From NCBI GenBank assembly GCA_964486505.1, contig CAZAMC010000002.1:1656-65655 (forward strand): a DNA stretch of 64,000 nucleotides, in the 5' to 3' direction. Each line of letters starts with the position of its first letter. The stretch's first letter is position 1. The DNA comes from an uncultured Gammaproteobacteria bacterium. GTDB taxonomy: Bacteria > Patescibacteriota > Patescibacteriia > PEXW01. This document shows, one piece after another, positions 1 to 7,892 of the stretch. The position numbers and the translations under genes are program-made. The notes beneath the pieces were generated by a model. It had not been told where the DNA came from. It did no database searches and worked only from the letters and a program-made list of their open reading frames with translations.

Positions 1-13
1 GTGGGACGCATTT

Positions 14-1012
14 GTGCTGTCGCAACGTCGAACGCCTTTTCAGCAAATGTGGCTGTGGGGAGAGTTCCAGCGGCAGATTGGGGCGGAAGTCCTGCGGTGG
101 GCAGTTGTTTCGGGCTCGCGCATCATTGGCGTCGCGCAAGTTCTCCACGAACCGTGGCGGTTTGGGCAATCTACTCTCACTGGTTTCCACGCACCCGTGG
201 TGGACGTTGCCTTACCGGTGGCGCAGTACCAAGCGGCCCTCGGCATGATGGTGAAGGCACTGGCGGAAGAGGCGAAACGGCGCAAAGTTATTTCTCTTCA
301 CTTAGAGCCGCCCATCGAACTTTGTAATGAAGCGTTGTTCAAAGGCCTCGAAGTGTCGTTGAAACTCCGTCGCGCGGCAGCCTTCCAGCCCTTGGATACA
401 CTCATGCTTGATCTCCGTCACTCCGCGGATAGGTTGTTGGGTGCCATGCACGAAAAAGCTCGGTACAATATTCGTCTGGCTGAACGGAAAGGTGTGCGCG
501 TGGACGTTGCGAGTGCCACGAACCGCAGTGACGCCCTCGAAACGTTCATCCAGTTAAATTTACAGACGGCAAAACGTGATCGTTTCCAGAGTCACGGCCC
601 CGGGTACTACCGTCGGCTTGCCGAGTTCCTGCCACCGGACATCCTGCGCGTGTACGTGGCGTACTACCAAGACCAACCCATCGCCGCCAACCTTGTTATC
701 CACGCTGGTGATACGGCGACCTACGTCCATGGCGCATCGGGGAACGCTCATCGCAACGTCATGGCCCCGCACCTGCTACAGTGGCGTCAGATTTTGGAAG
801 CTCAGCTTGCCGGCAACCAGTGGTACGACTTCTTCGGCATAGAGACAGCCGCCCGGCCTCGCGCCAGCAAGCAAGGCGCCAGTTGGGCCGGGATTACGCG
901 CTTTAAGCTGGGGTTTGGCGGGCTCACGGTTTCATACCTGCCCGCGTACGAGTTGCTAGTCCGGCCTGGTTGGTATAGGCTGGTGCGTGCAGCTCGCATT
1001 CTTCGTCGTTAA
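14..1012 (+). CDS. FemAB-family peptidyltransferase (FemX-like, acts on peptidoglycan precursor); 5' end may extend past window edge
   Basis: 332-aa ORF; N-terminal QQMWLWGEFQ and C-terminal GNAHRNVMAPHLLQWRQILEAQLAGNQWYDFFGI resemble FemAB/FemX family motifs; same frame is open back to window start. Confidence 0.65.
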   Translation: MLSQRRTPFQQMWLWGEFQRQIGAEVLRWAVVSGSRIIGVAQVLHEPWRFGQSTLTGFHAPVVDVALPVAQYQAALGMMVKALAEEAKRRKVISLHLEPPIELCNEALFKGLEVSLKLRRAAAFQPLDTLMLDLRHSADRLLGAMHEKARYNIRLAERKGVRVDVASATNRSDALETFIQLNLQTAKRDRFQSHGPGYYRRLAEFLPPDILRVYVAYYQDQPIAANLVIHAGDTATYVHGASGNAHRNVMAPHLLQWRQILEAQLAGNQWYDFFGIETAARPRASKQGASWAGITRFKLGFGGLTVSYLPAYELLVRPGWYRLVRAARILRR

Positions 1013-1016
1013 GCGT

Positions 1017-1313
1017 ATGGAAGGCGAACGAACGTCTAGCCCAGAAGTCACTTCCCCGTTCCTCCGGGTGGAGTTTGATGGAGAGCACAAGCTCTTCGTG
1101 AAGGAGTGCACGGCCTGTGGCCAGGAGTTCCGCACCGGCGTACCGCGGAAGTTTTTCCGCAACCCCGACGATGCGTCTACACAGCTCGCCGTGAATGGCG
1201 GTGGGACAATTGACGGGTACGATTCCATTCGGGCCGCCGATGTCGAACGGCACATCCTGGAGACAACGTGCCCCGACACGAAGCGGAATGCCGCCGCCGA
1301 ACAGCACGTATGA
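1017..1313 (+). CDS. hypothetical small protein (98 aa), single CxxC
   Basis: ATG 5 nt after FemAB stop; its stop overlaps the next start (ATGA), suggesting translational coupling; no recognisable family. Confidence 0.4.
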   Translation: MEGERTSSPEVTSPFLRVEFDGEHKLFVKECTACGQEFRTGVPRKFFRNPDDASTQLAVNGGGTIDGYDSIRAADVERHILETTCPDTKRNAAAEQHV

Positions 1314-2035
1314 TTCAAACCGTTGTCATTTCTGCCGCGGGCAAGGGCACCCGCATGAAGGAGCTGGCTAAAGACAAGCCCAAGCACATGATTGAAGTGA
1401 ATGGGAAGCCGTTTTTGTGGTACTTGTTAGAGAACTTGCGTACGGCGGGCTACGAAAAAATCGTCGTGGTTGTTGGGCACTTGAGCCAGCATATCGAGGA
1501 GTTTGTGCGGACGTACCCCCACCCCATTACTATTGTCAATCAATTTGCCGTGATGGGAGAAGACCGGTACGGCACCGCCATTCCTGTCATGGCCGCGCGG
1601 GAAGCAGTGAATGGCCATCCATTCTTGGCGCTCTACGGTGACAACCTGTACTCTGTCCGTGACCTGAGAGCAATGAACCACGATGACGGCCGCTGCTACG
1701 TGGGGGCTTTACACCGTGAGGACTACCAGAAGTACGGCGTGCTCATTCCCGATGGCGAAGGGAAGCTACAGGAGATCATTGAGAAGCCAGACCATGACGT
1801 GGGGTCCAAGCTCATCAATACGGGTTTGTTTGTCTTTACCTCAGAAATCTTTGGGGCGTGCGATCGCGTGCAACCCACGCCGCCGAAGAATGAGTACTAC
1901 CTCACGGACGCGGTCACCGAACTCTCACGACAAGGGAAGGTGCACATCCAGACGATTCAAGACTACTGGAAAGATTTTGGCTCGCCCGACGACGTTGGGA
2001 CGGTGAGCCGCTTTTTGCAAGAGCACGGCCGATGA
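1310..2035 (+). CDS. sugar-1-phosphate nucleotidyltransferase (NTP_transferase family)
   Basis: N-terminal ISAAGKGTRM (GxGTR pyrophosphorylase signature), LYGDNLY, EKP motifs; about 241 aa. Confidence 0.8.
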   Translation: MIQTVVISAAGKGTRMKELAKDKPKHMIEVNGKPFLWYLLENLRTAGYEKIVVVVGHLSQHIEEFVRTYPHPITIVNQFAVMGEDRYGTAIPVMAAREAVNGHPFLALYGDNLYSVRDLRAMNHDDGRCYVGALHREDYQKYGVLIPDGEGKLQEIIEKPDHDVGSKLINTGLFVFTSEIFGACDRVQPTPPKNEYYLTDAVTELSRQGKVHIQTIQDYWKDFGSPDDVGTVSRFLQEHGR

Positions 2036-3465
2036 GCCCGCTCGTTGAATCATTTTCTGGCATTCGGGGGGTATGGGGTGAAGGCCTCACGGAGGACGTT
2101 TGCCGTCGGTATGGTTTTGCTTACGGGCAATGGGTAACCCGGCAGCACGCGAATGCGTCCATCGTCATTGGGGCGGACACGCGTCCATCTCGGCCGTACG
2201 TCAAGCGCGCACTAGAAGCTGGCCTCACTGCCGCGGGGGTGGCCGAGCTCATTGACGTTGGCATCCTTTCTACACCGGCCACCGAACATGCCGTGCGGGC
2301 CTTTGGCGCAGCCGGAGGCGTGATGATTACTGCTTCGCACAATCCCGCAGAGCACAATGGCTTTAAATTCTTGCAGTCCTCAGGCGCCATTATCAGCGCC
2401 ACTGATGCCGCCTCGATTATAGCGGCAAGCCGTCAACCTGCGCCGTTGGTGGGGAGCCGGCATATGGGCATCTCCGACCGGCGAGGGGAGGCGATTGCGG
2501 CGTACCTCGCGCACTTAGAGGTTTCCACCGGGCTCACGCGCGAGGACGTGGAAGGATTTCACGATCGTATCCTCTTTGATTTTAATGGTGGAGCAGGCTC
2601 TGAACCCGGGATTGCCTTTGCCAAAGAGTGGTCAATTCCGGCGGATTTCTTCCACGAGTTGCCCAGTGACTACTGGCGAGCCATGGAGCCAAACGCCTCG
2701 AGCTTGGCGCCACTCGCGCATACACTGGCCGATCAAGGCCTGGCATTTGCGTGCGCCTTTGACTGTGATGCGGATCGAATGGAGTTGGTGCTCCCCGCCA
2801 CGAGCGCGTTTGCGCGAGCACACAGCACTCCGGTTGTGTCGGGTCAGTACGTCCTTGGTTTGGTGGTCCGCGCCCTCCTGGAGACAAATCCCGATGTGCG
2901 GAGCTTGCCAGTTGTCACGAACGACGCCACGTCACAGCTCATAGCTGAAATTGCGAAAGCCTATGGTACGCCTACAGAAGAAGTTGAAGTGGGTGAAACC
3001 AATGTCGTAACGCGTATGCTGGAACGGGGGAGTATAGTTGGCGGGGAAGGTTCCAGCGGGGGGAGTATTGTTTCGCCTGGGCAGTGTCGGGACGGTTTGC
3101 AAGCGCTGGGCATCATCATCAAGTACCTTGCGCTGCGTAAACAGACGTTGGATGAGGCGCTGGCTTCGCTACCGAAGTTCACGACGTTGGCGGTGAAAAT
3201 GCAGTGCCCGGGGGAGAAGCAGCTGGCAGTCCGGCGCGGCTTGATTGCGGCGTACCAGAATACCGGCGCACGTGTGGTCACGAGCGGTGGCGACGATGGC
3301 GGTGTCAAAGCCTGGGTGTCAGCCGATACCTGGGTGTGGTTCCGGGCTTCGAAGACGGAACCAGGGCTGTTCCGCTGCATTGCCGATGCAAAGGAGTCGG
3401 CGACCGCCGAGGACTTGCTCGCGGAGGCGAAAGTAGTGTTTGATACAGTAGCTGCAACAGCGTAG
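2032..3465 (+). CDS. phosphohexomutase (phosphomannomutase/phosphoglucomutase/GlmM-like)
   Basis: MITASHNPAEHNGFKF active-site serine loop, FDCDADR metal-binding loop; start overlaps upstream stop (ATGA). Confidence 0.85.
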   Translation: MSPLVESFSGIRGVWGEGLTEDVCRRYGFAYGQWVTRQHANASIVIGADTRPSRPYVKRALEAGLTAAGVAELIDVGILSTPATEHAVRAFGAAGGVMITASHNPAEHNGFKFLQSSGAIISATDAASIIAASRQPAPLVGSRHMGISDRRGEAIAAYLAHLEVSTGLTREDVEGFHDRILFDFNGGAGSEPGIAFAKEWSIPADFFHELPSDYWRAMEPNASSLAPLAHTLADQGLAFACAFDCDADRMELVLPATSAFARAHSTPVVSGQYVLGLVVRALLETNPDVRSLPVVTNDATSQLIAEIAKAYGTPTEEVEVGETNVVTRMLERGSIVGGEGSSGGSIVSPGQCRDGLQALGIIIKYLALRKQTLDEALASLPKFTTLAVKMQCPGEKQLAVRRGLIAAYQNTGARVVTSGGDDGGVKAWVSADTWVWFRASKTEPGLFRCIADAKESATAEDLLAEAKVVFDTVAATA

Positions 3466-3494
3466 GCACCCGTTGTCCAACAATAATAATTTTT

Positions 3495-3570
3495 GCGCCC
3501 GTAGCTCAATGGATAGAGCGTATGGTTCCGGTCCATAAGGTTGGGGGTTCGATTCCCTTCGGGCGCACCA
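3495..3570 (+). tRNA. tRNA-Arg (anticodon CCG)
   Basis: Hand-folded cloverleaf: acceptor GCGCCCG/CGGGCGC, D-arm GCTC..GAGC, anticodon stem TATGG/CCATA with loop TTCCGGT, T-arm GGGGG-TTCGATT-CCCTT, encoded ACCA end. Confidence 0.9.
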
Positions 3571-3603
3571 AAAGTTCCCGTACCAATTAGGTACGGGAAC
3601 TTT
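3571..3603 (+). terminator. perfect 14-bp palindrome (AAAGTTCCCGTACC-AATTA-GGTACGGGAACTTT) immediately 3' of tRNA-Arg; terminator-like
   Basis: Seen directly; stem ends in TTTT. Confidence 0.45.
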
Positions 3604-3658
3604 TATGAGAGCGGGAATCGAACGGGTGCGACCCTAGGGAGCACCCCGGCCCGGAGGG

Positions 3659-3679
3659 CGATTCCCTTCGGGCGCACCA
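3659..3679 (+). repeat. 21-nt direct repeat of the tRNA-Arg 3' end (CGATTCCCTTCGGGCGCACCA), 88 bp downstream of the tRNA
   Basis: Exact match to tRNA positions 3550-3570; the upstream T-arm part is degenerate, so it is a 3' fragment copy, as in attL/attR pairs of tRNA-integrating elements. Confidence 0.7.
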
Positions 3680-3704
3680 GCTCGTTTCGCGGTCACAGTT
3701 CCGC

Positions 3705-3734
3705 GTGACGCGGCTTTGCCGCATCCCGCTCCAC
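3705..3734 (+). repeat. 30-bp direct repeat copy 1 (GTGACGCGGCTTTGCCGCATCCCGCTCCAC)
   Basis: Identical 30-mer recurs at 3835-3864; the pair flanks a 9-bp-stem hairpin (CCCCAACGG 3768-3776 / CCGTTGGGG 3800-3808). Confidence 0.7.
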
Positions 3735-3834
3735 CGTTCCCGCGAAGCCTCGCTAAGCCCCAACGGCGCGTGCTCGTCGCTTCGCTCCTGTGCGCCACAC
3801 CGTTGGGGACCCCGGTACTGCAAGTCACATCTGG

Positions 3835-3864
3835 GTGACGCGGCTTTGCCGCATCCCGCTCCAC
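3835..3864 (+). repeat. 30-bp direct repeat copy 2
   Basis: Exact copy of 3705-3734, period 130 bp. Confidence 0.7.
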
Positions 3865-3893
3865 GTTCGTGGGGCCCTACGGTAACTACGAAT

Positions 3894-3921
3894 AAAGCCC
3901 AACCGGTGAGGGTTGGGCTTT
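3894..3921. terminator. intrinsic terminator hairpin (AAAGCCCAACC-ggtgag-GGTTGGGCTTT), likely terminating prs on the minus strand and usable in both directions
   Basis: 11-bp stem flanked by A-run and T-run, 7 nt from the prs stop. Confidence 0.6.
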
Positions 3922-3927
3922 AACGTG

Positions 3928-4869
3928 CTAGTCTTCTTCGCAAATATCAAGGATGGTATTTGCGATCATTGGGGCCAGGGAGAGCACCTGGATTTTTGAA
4001 TCATCACGTTTTTCCCACGGCAGGTAGATTGAATCCGTGATGTACACTTTCGTGATGAAGGGGCGATCTTCGATGCGGTGCACGGCATTGGCTGACAGTA
4101 CGCCGTGCGTAGCCATGTAGGTCATGTCTAGCGCGCCGAGGCGCTCCAAGAGGTCGGCGTTCTCCGTTAACGTGCTCGCCGTGGCGACTTCATCGTCTTT
4201 GCCCAAGACGTGTTTGTCTTTCACGTCGCCTTCGAGGCTCTCGATAGTCGTCTTCTCGTGCTCGGGGTGAACCTTGGCCGCACGGACCAAAGTGAGCTTG
4301 AGCTCAGCGGCCATCCGTTCACAACTGTCGTGACGGCCACGGTCCGGCTGCAAGAACACCCAGTTTTTCAGCTGACGGCCACGGAGGACGTCCATGAAGA
4401 GCGGGTCAGGGTTGATGTGGTAGACTCTCAGCCCCGCGCTCTCGAAGTGCTTAATTGTATCCGGGTGGTGGATGTCCACCAGAATAACGTCGGTGGCACC
4501 CGCACAGGCCATGAAGTCTGCCATGAGTTCGGACATGACCGCTTCGCCGCCACTCTGATCGCGCTCCTGTCGGCGGAAGCCCATGAAGGGCATAACCGCG
4601 ATGAGGCGCTTGGGTTTACGCTTGCTCAAAGGGCGGGTGAGGCCCCACAGGTCAAAGTAGGACTTCGTCGCCGGGCTGGCGGTTGAGTTGATAACCACCG
4701 CGACGTTCTCGGGTCCAATCTTTTCGTGGTTCAGTATGCGGTACCAGGGCTCGAGGTCAGCGAATTCTTTTATTCGATTCTGTCCCCGCTGAATGCTGAG
4801 GTGCCGGCAGACATCTTGGGCGAGCTTATGGCTCTCCCGGCCACAGAAAACGATAGGTGAATTTTTCAA
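3928..4869 (-). CDS. prs: ribose-phosphate pyrophosphokinase (PRPP synthetase)
   Basis: Matches Prs landmarks (IVFCGRESHKLAQ vs KLFAGNATPELAQ; LIAVMPFMGFRRQERD vs ITAVIPYFGYARQDRR; VILVDIHH; VLGKDDEVATAST); TTG start 5 nt after AAGGAG. Confidence 0.8.
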   Translation of the reverse strand: MKNSPIVFCGRESHKLAQDVCRHLSIQRGQNRIKEFADLEPWYRILNHEKIGPENVAVVINSTASPATKSYFDLWGLTRPLSKRKPKRLIAVMPFMGFRRQERDQSGGEAVMSELMADFMACAGATDVILVDIHHPDTIKHFESAGLRVYHINPDPLFMDVLRGRQLKNWVFLQPDRGRHDSCERMAAELKLTLVRAAKVHPEHEKTTIESLEGDVKDKHVLGKDDEVATASTLTENADLLERLGALDMTYMATHGVLSANAVHRIEDRPFITKVYITDSIYLPWEKRDDSKIQVLSLAPMIANTILDICEED

Positions 4870-4942
4870 GGGAGCTCCTTCTTTTCGAGTCGGGTTTATT
4901 TCTCTAAGCCCCCCACCTTACGCCACGAATATTCTTCTTGTC

Positions 4943-4970
4943 AACCGAAAACCCCGCCGGCGGGGCGGGG
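4943..4970 (-). terminator. intrinsic terminator after FN3/FG-GAP gene (palindrome CCCCGCCGGCGGGG followed by TTTTCGG on minus strand)
   Basis: Seen directly; 26 nt downstream of the stop at 4996. Confidence 0.55.
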
Positions 4971-4995
4971 CTCACATGGTGATTGGGGAGCGGGG

Positions 4996-6873
4996 TTACG
5001 TCCCACTACTATGGTTCAGGACCATACGGTCGCGGGTGTTGAAGATCGAGAGGACGCGCAGCCGGCTGAGGTTTGACCCATTGAAGATGGTGAGCTTCGG
5101 TTGTACGGGCGCGCCGTAGCTGGCCACAATGTCGGCCCGGCCATCCCCATTGGCATCAACTGTGGACAGGCGCACGCCGCCTCGCTCCGCAGCGCGGAAG
5201 AGGTTTGTATCCCGGCGAATTTGGTTGATGCTGCTGCCACGGAGAACAAAGATCCGCAGGGTGGGTGCAGCATTGGTGCGGGGGCCAACGAGGATCTCTT
5301 GCGTTCCATCATTGCTCAGGTCACCGGCCGCAAGGCTCACCCCAGTCCGGCTCGGCAGTGCGTTCGCCCGGCTCGCAAGCTGTCGCATACTCCCACTGCG
5401 CAGGCCAAATACCCGGATGGTAGCTGCCTCACTTCCACGCGGACCCGTAATGACTTCATCCTTCCCATCACCATTCAGATCACCAGCTGCCAGGCTCACC
5501 CCCGTGGTTACTTGTGCACCGAACTCTCGGTACACTTGAGTAAAGCGCCCATTGCGATACCCGAAGACACGGACATTGGCGCTGCCCTTCTGCTTGGCCA
5601 CGATTATTTCCATGGGCCCGTCACCGTTGACGTCAGCAACAGCGACGTTAAGGCCATCCCGGTAGGCGGTGCCGTAGGGGAGGAAGCTGTTAATGCTCGA
5701 GCCATCCTGTCGGAAGAGCCGTATTTCACCTCGACGTCCACTTCCCGGGGCCACGACAATCTCATCGCTGCCATCATCCCCCAAGTCAGCAACGGCAGTA
5801 CTCACCCCGCCGCGGAACGTCGTTTCGAAGGCCACGAAGTCTTTTAGTAATTGCCCGGTGGTCGTGTAGGTGCGCACGCGCGGTTGACCACCGCGTTCCA
5901 CGCCCACCGCAATGAAGGAGCGCAGTTGGACGGTGAACGTTGTTGTGGCGGGCGAGGGGTCAATGTTCCCTGCCGCGTCGCGAGACCGCACGCTAACCGT
6001 GTGGCGACCATTCGATAAGTCGCGGAGGGCCACTTGGTTGTTCAGTGTCCAGCCGGACCACGCCCGGTTGTCGAGGCGGTAGCTAAATTGCAGCCGATCT
6101 GGATCGGTGGCATCGTCTACACCGTCCCACGTGAAGACAAAGCGCGGTGTAGTTTGGGTGCTGGTCGGTGCGCTAGTGATTACCGTGTTGGGGGCGACAG
6201 CATTGGCATCCACCGAGCGACCGTCAGGGAGCGTGGTAGTGCCGTCAGCGTTCACTGTGCAGGTTCGACTGAGTGCGGGGCGGTTACTGGTGCCGCCACA
6301 GTTGGACTGGTCTGCGCAGGTGCGCGTCTGCTGGCCACTCGTGCACGCACTCCACTCTTCACAGCGCCAGTTCTCTACACAGATTGGAATCGAAAGGGTC
6401 GCCGTGGTTTTCGTAGCGATGTTTGAGAGGGTCGAGGTGTTCCCGGCATCGTCGGTGGTTTTGAGGCCAAAGGAGTACGTGGTATTTGGCTGCAGGCCGG
6501 TTACCTGGAACGACTCAGCTTGGCCAGCTCCTTGAGGGCTGGGCTCACCAACAACCGCAGTAGCAAAGCCCCACGTGGACTCATTCAGCGTCGCCGTGCT
6601 GTAGCGGATGTCGTAGCTAGTGGCTTGTCCAGTGGCGCCATCATCGCCAGGAGCAGTCCAGGTGAGCACGACGCTATTCGTGGCATCGCTGGCCGCTGCC
6701 TGAACATTCGCGATGCCAAAGTCGCTGGGCTGGTCTGCCGAGCTCATCACCCAAAACGCAAAACCTGCCAAACCGCTAAATATGGCTAGGACTGCAGTCC
6801 CTACTACGGAGTGGATTTTCTGGGCGGTTTTTTCTCGGACGTCTATTTCCGAGAGGGCTACCATTGGTCTCAT
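4996..6873 (-). CDS. membrane-anchored surface protein: N-terminal TM helix, two fibronectin type III-like domains, Cys-rich linker, FG-GAP/integrin-alpha-like beta-propeller repeats
   Basis: TM AVLAIFSGLAGFAFWV; FN3-like blocks (TWTAPGDDG..YDIRY; TWDGVDD..FSYRL); repeated D.NGDG..E/D motifs (DLGDDGSDEIVV, DVNGDGPMEIIV, DLNGDGKDEVIT, DANGDGRADIV). Confidence 0.8.
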   Translation of the reverse strand: MRPMVALSEIDVREKTAQKIHSVVGTAVLAIFSGLAGFAFWVMSSADQPSDFGIANVQAAASDATNSVVLTWTAPGDDGATGQATSYDIRYSTATLNESTWGFATAVVGEPSPQGAGQAESFQVTGLQPNTTYSFGLKTTDDAGNTSTLSNIATKTTATLSIPICVENWRCEEWSACTSGQQTRTCADQSNCGGTSNRPALSRTCTVNADGTTTLPDGRSVDANAVAPNTVITSAPTSTQTTPRFVFTWDGVDDATDPDRLQFSYRLDNRAWSGWTLNNQVALRDLSNGRHTVSVRSRDAAGNIDPSPATTTFTVQLRSFIAVGVERGGQPRVRTYTTTGQLLKDFVAFETTFRGGVSTAVADLGDDGSDEIVVAPGSGRRGEIRLFRQDGSSINSFLPYGTAYRDGLNVAVADVNGDGPMEIIVAKQKGSANVRVFGYRNGRFTQVYREFGAQVTTGVSLAAGDLNGDGKDEVITGPRGSEAATIRVFGLRSGSMRQLASRANALPSRTGVSLAAGDLSNDGTQEILVGPRTNAAPTLRIFVLRGSSINQIRRDTNLFRAAERGGVRLSTVDANGDGRADIVASYGAPVQPKLTIFNGSNLSRLRVLSIFNTRDRMVLNHSSGT

Positions 6874-6893
6874 AGTTTTTATTTTCTAAATGT

Positions 6894-6922
6894 ATTTTAG
6901 CATTTATTTATGCTTTTGTCAA
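6894..6922 (-). promoter_or_regulatory. sigma70-type promoter TTGACA-N17-TAAAAT for the FN3/FG-GAP gene
   Basis: Both hexamers and 17-nt spacer read on the minus strand; about 20-nt AT-rich leader with no SD. Confidence 0.5.
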
Positions 6923-6971
6923 AGCTGCGTAATCGCGCTACCGTACAAGTGTCGCACTAACTACTACGACC

Positions 6972-7205
6972 ATGCCCACGATCCACAATCACACGGTTGA
7001 CGGTGACCAGTACGGCCTGCGCGTACTGCGTCAGCTCGATGACAGCGAAGCGGACGTTCTGTTCGAACATGCGAAACGCCACCATGAAGCGGACTTCGAG
7101 GGGACCATTGAAAACAAGCGCATGAACTTCAAGCTCAAGCGTGATAGTGACGGCAGCTGGACCGTGGAAACCGAGGGCCGCGAGACGAAGTCGGGGTGGT
7201 TTTAA
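6972..7205 (+). CDS. hypothetical protein (77 aa), charged
   Basis: Clean ORF 5 nt upstream of the next gene; no family recognised. Confidence 0.45.
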   Translation: MPTIHNHTVDGDQYGLRVLRQLDDSEADVLFEHAKRHHEADFEGTIENKRMNFKLKRDSDGSWTVETEGRETKSGWF

Positions 7206-7209
7206 GCCC

Positions 7210-7773
7210 ATGAGCCTCTTCCACCGCATAGCAAAAGACCTGCGGAAGCAGCGCGACGTGCGCGAAGTTGTCTTCCGTCAAACCCGCGAAGCTCTGCAGC
7301 AGTCCAAATTGGCGATTTTCGCCGTGCACCGCAATGACGACGACGGCGCGCGGAAGCAAGTTGAGCAAGCCGGGAAGCAGCTTGAGAAGCTACAGCAGCA
7401 GCTCAAAGGTAATGCGCGCTTCCTCAACGACGGCAACCTCTTAGCGGCGCTAGAAGAATTTGGCGAAGCCTGGCTGGTGGTGGAATTTGCGCGGGGCAAG
7501 AAGCTGGCATTCCCCAAGCGCCCCGCCCTCGCCCCCGAGCAGCAAATTGGCGCCCTCGCCGATTTCACGGGAGAGCTGTCTCGACGCGCCGTCCTCAAGG
7601 CCACCGAGCGCAAGCTCAAGGATGTGGAGAAGATCTACAAAACTGTGAGTGACGTCGTGCGCCACCTGGCAGAAGCTGACCTCACTGGCCAAGCGCGGCA
7701 GAAGGCTGACGAAGCAAAGCGTAACCTCAAACGAATCGAAGAGATCCGCTACGAGTTGAGCTTGCGGCAATAA
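7210..7773 (+). CDS. hypothetical all-helical protein (187 aa), possibly translin-like
   Basis: Helical, charged, EEFGEAWLVVEF segment loosely resembles the translin core; low certainty. Confidence 0.45.
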   Translation: MSLFHRIAKDLRKQRDVREVVFRQTREALQQSKLAIFAVHRNDDDGARKQVEQAGKQLEKLQQQLKGNARFLNDGNLLAALEEFGEAWLVVEFARGKKLAFPKRPALAPEQQIGALADFTGELSRRAVLKATERKLKDVEKIYKTVSDVVRHLAEADLTGQARQKADEAKRNLKRIEEIRYELSLRQ

Positions 7774-7892
7774 GAAAGGGCAGCGGTCTGGCGCGCTGCC
7801 CTGCAGAAAGGAGGTGGCCATCCGTGGCCGGTTGCGATCCCCGCGATTGGGTTTGTCTTGCTCTCAGTATATCACGAGCGTGCTAGGATACT

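Noticed and set aside
1-327. 108-aa ORF in frame 1 at window start
   Set aside because: It overlaps the FemAB-family ORF in another frame. Its translation is Gly/Arg/Ala-rich with no motif. The FemAB frame has family signatures.
3601-3680. Second tRNA or tRNA pseudogene on the minus strand (GGGAATCGAACGGG looks like a reversed T-arm)
   Set aside because: I could not fold a cloverleaf. The stems flanking the TTCGATT-like loop are not complementary, and the acceptor-like sequence is only the duplicated 3' end of tRNA-Arg.
3705-3864. CRISPR array?
   Set aside because: There are only two repeat copies, the spacer is ~100 nt (CRISPR spacers are ~30-40), and there is no leader or cas genes in the window.
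5016-5847. ORFs 5016..5312 (-), 5101..5847 (+), 5129..5539 (+) overlapping the FN3/FG-GAP gene
   Set aside because: They are alternative-frame or antisense ORFs inside a gene with clear domain motifs, and they have low-complexity Arg/Pro/Ser-rich translations.
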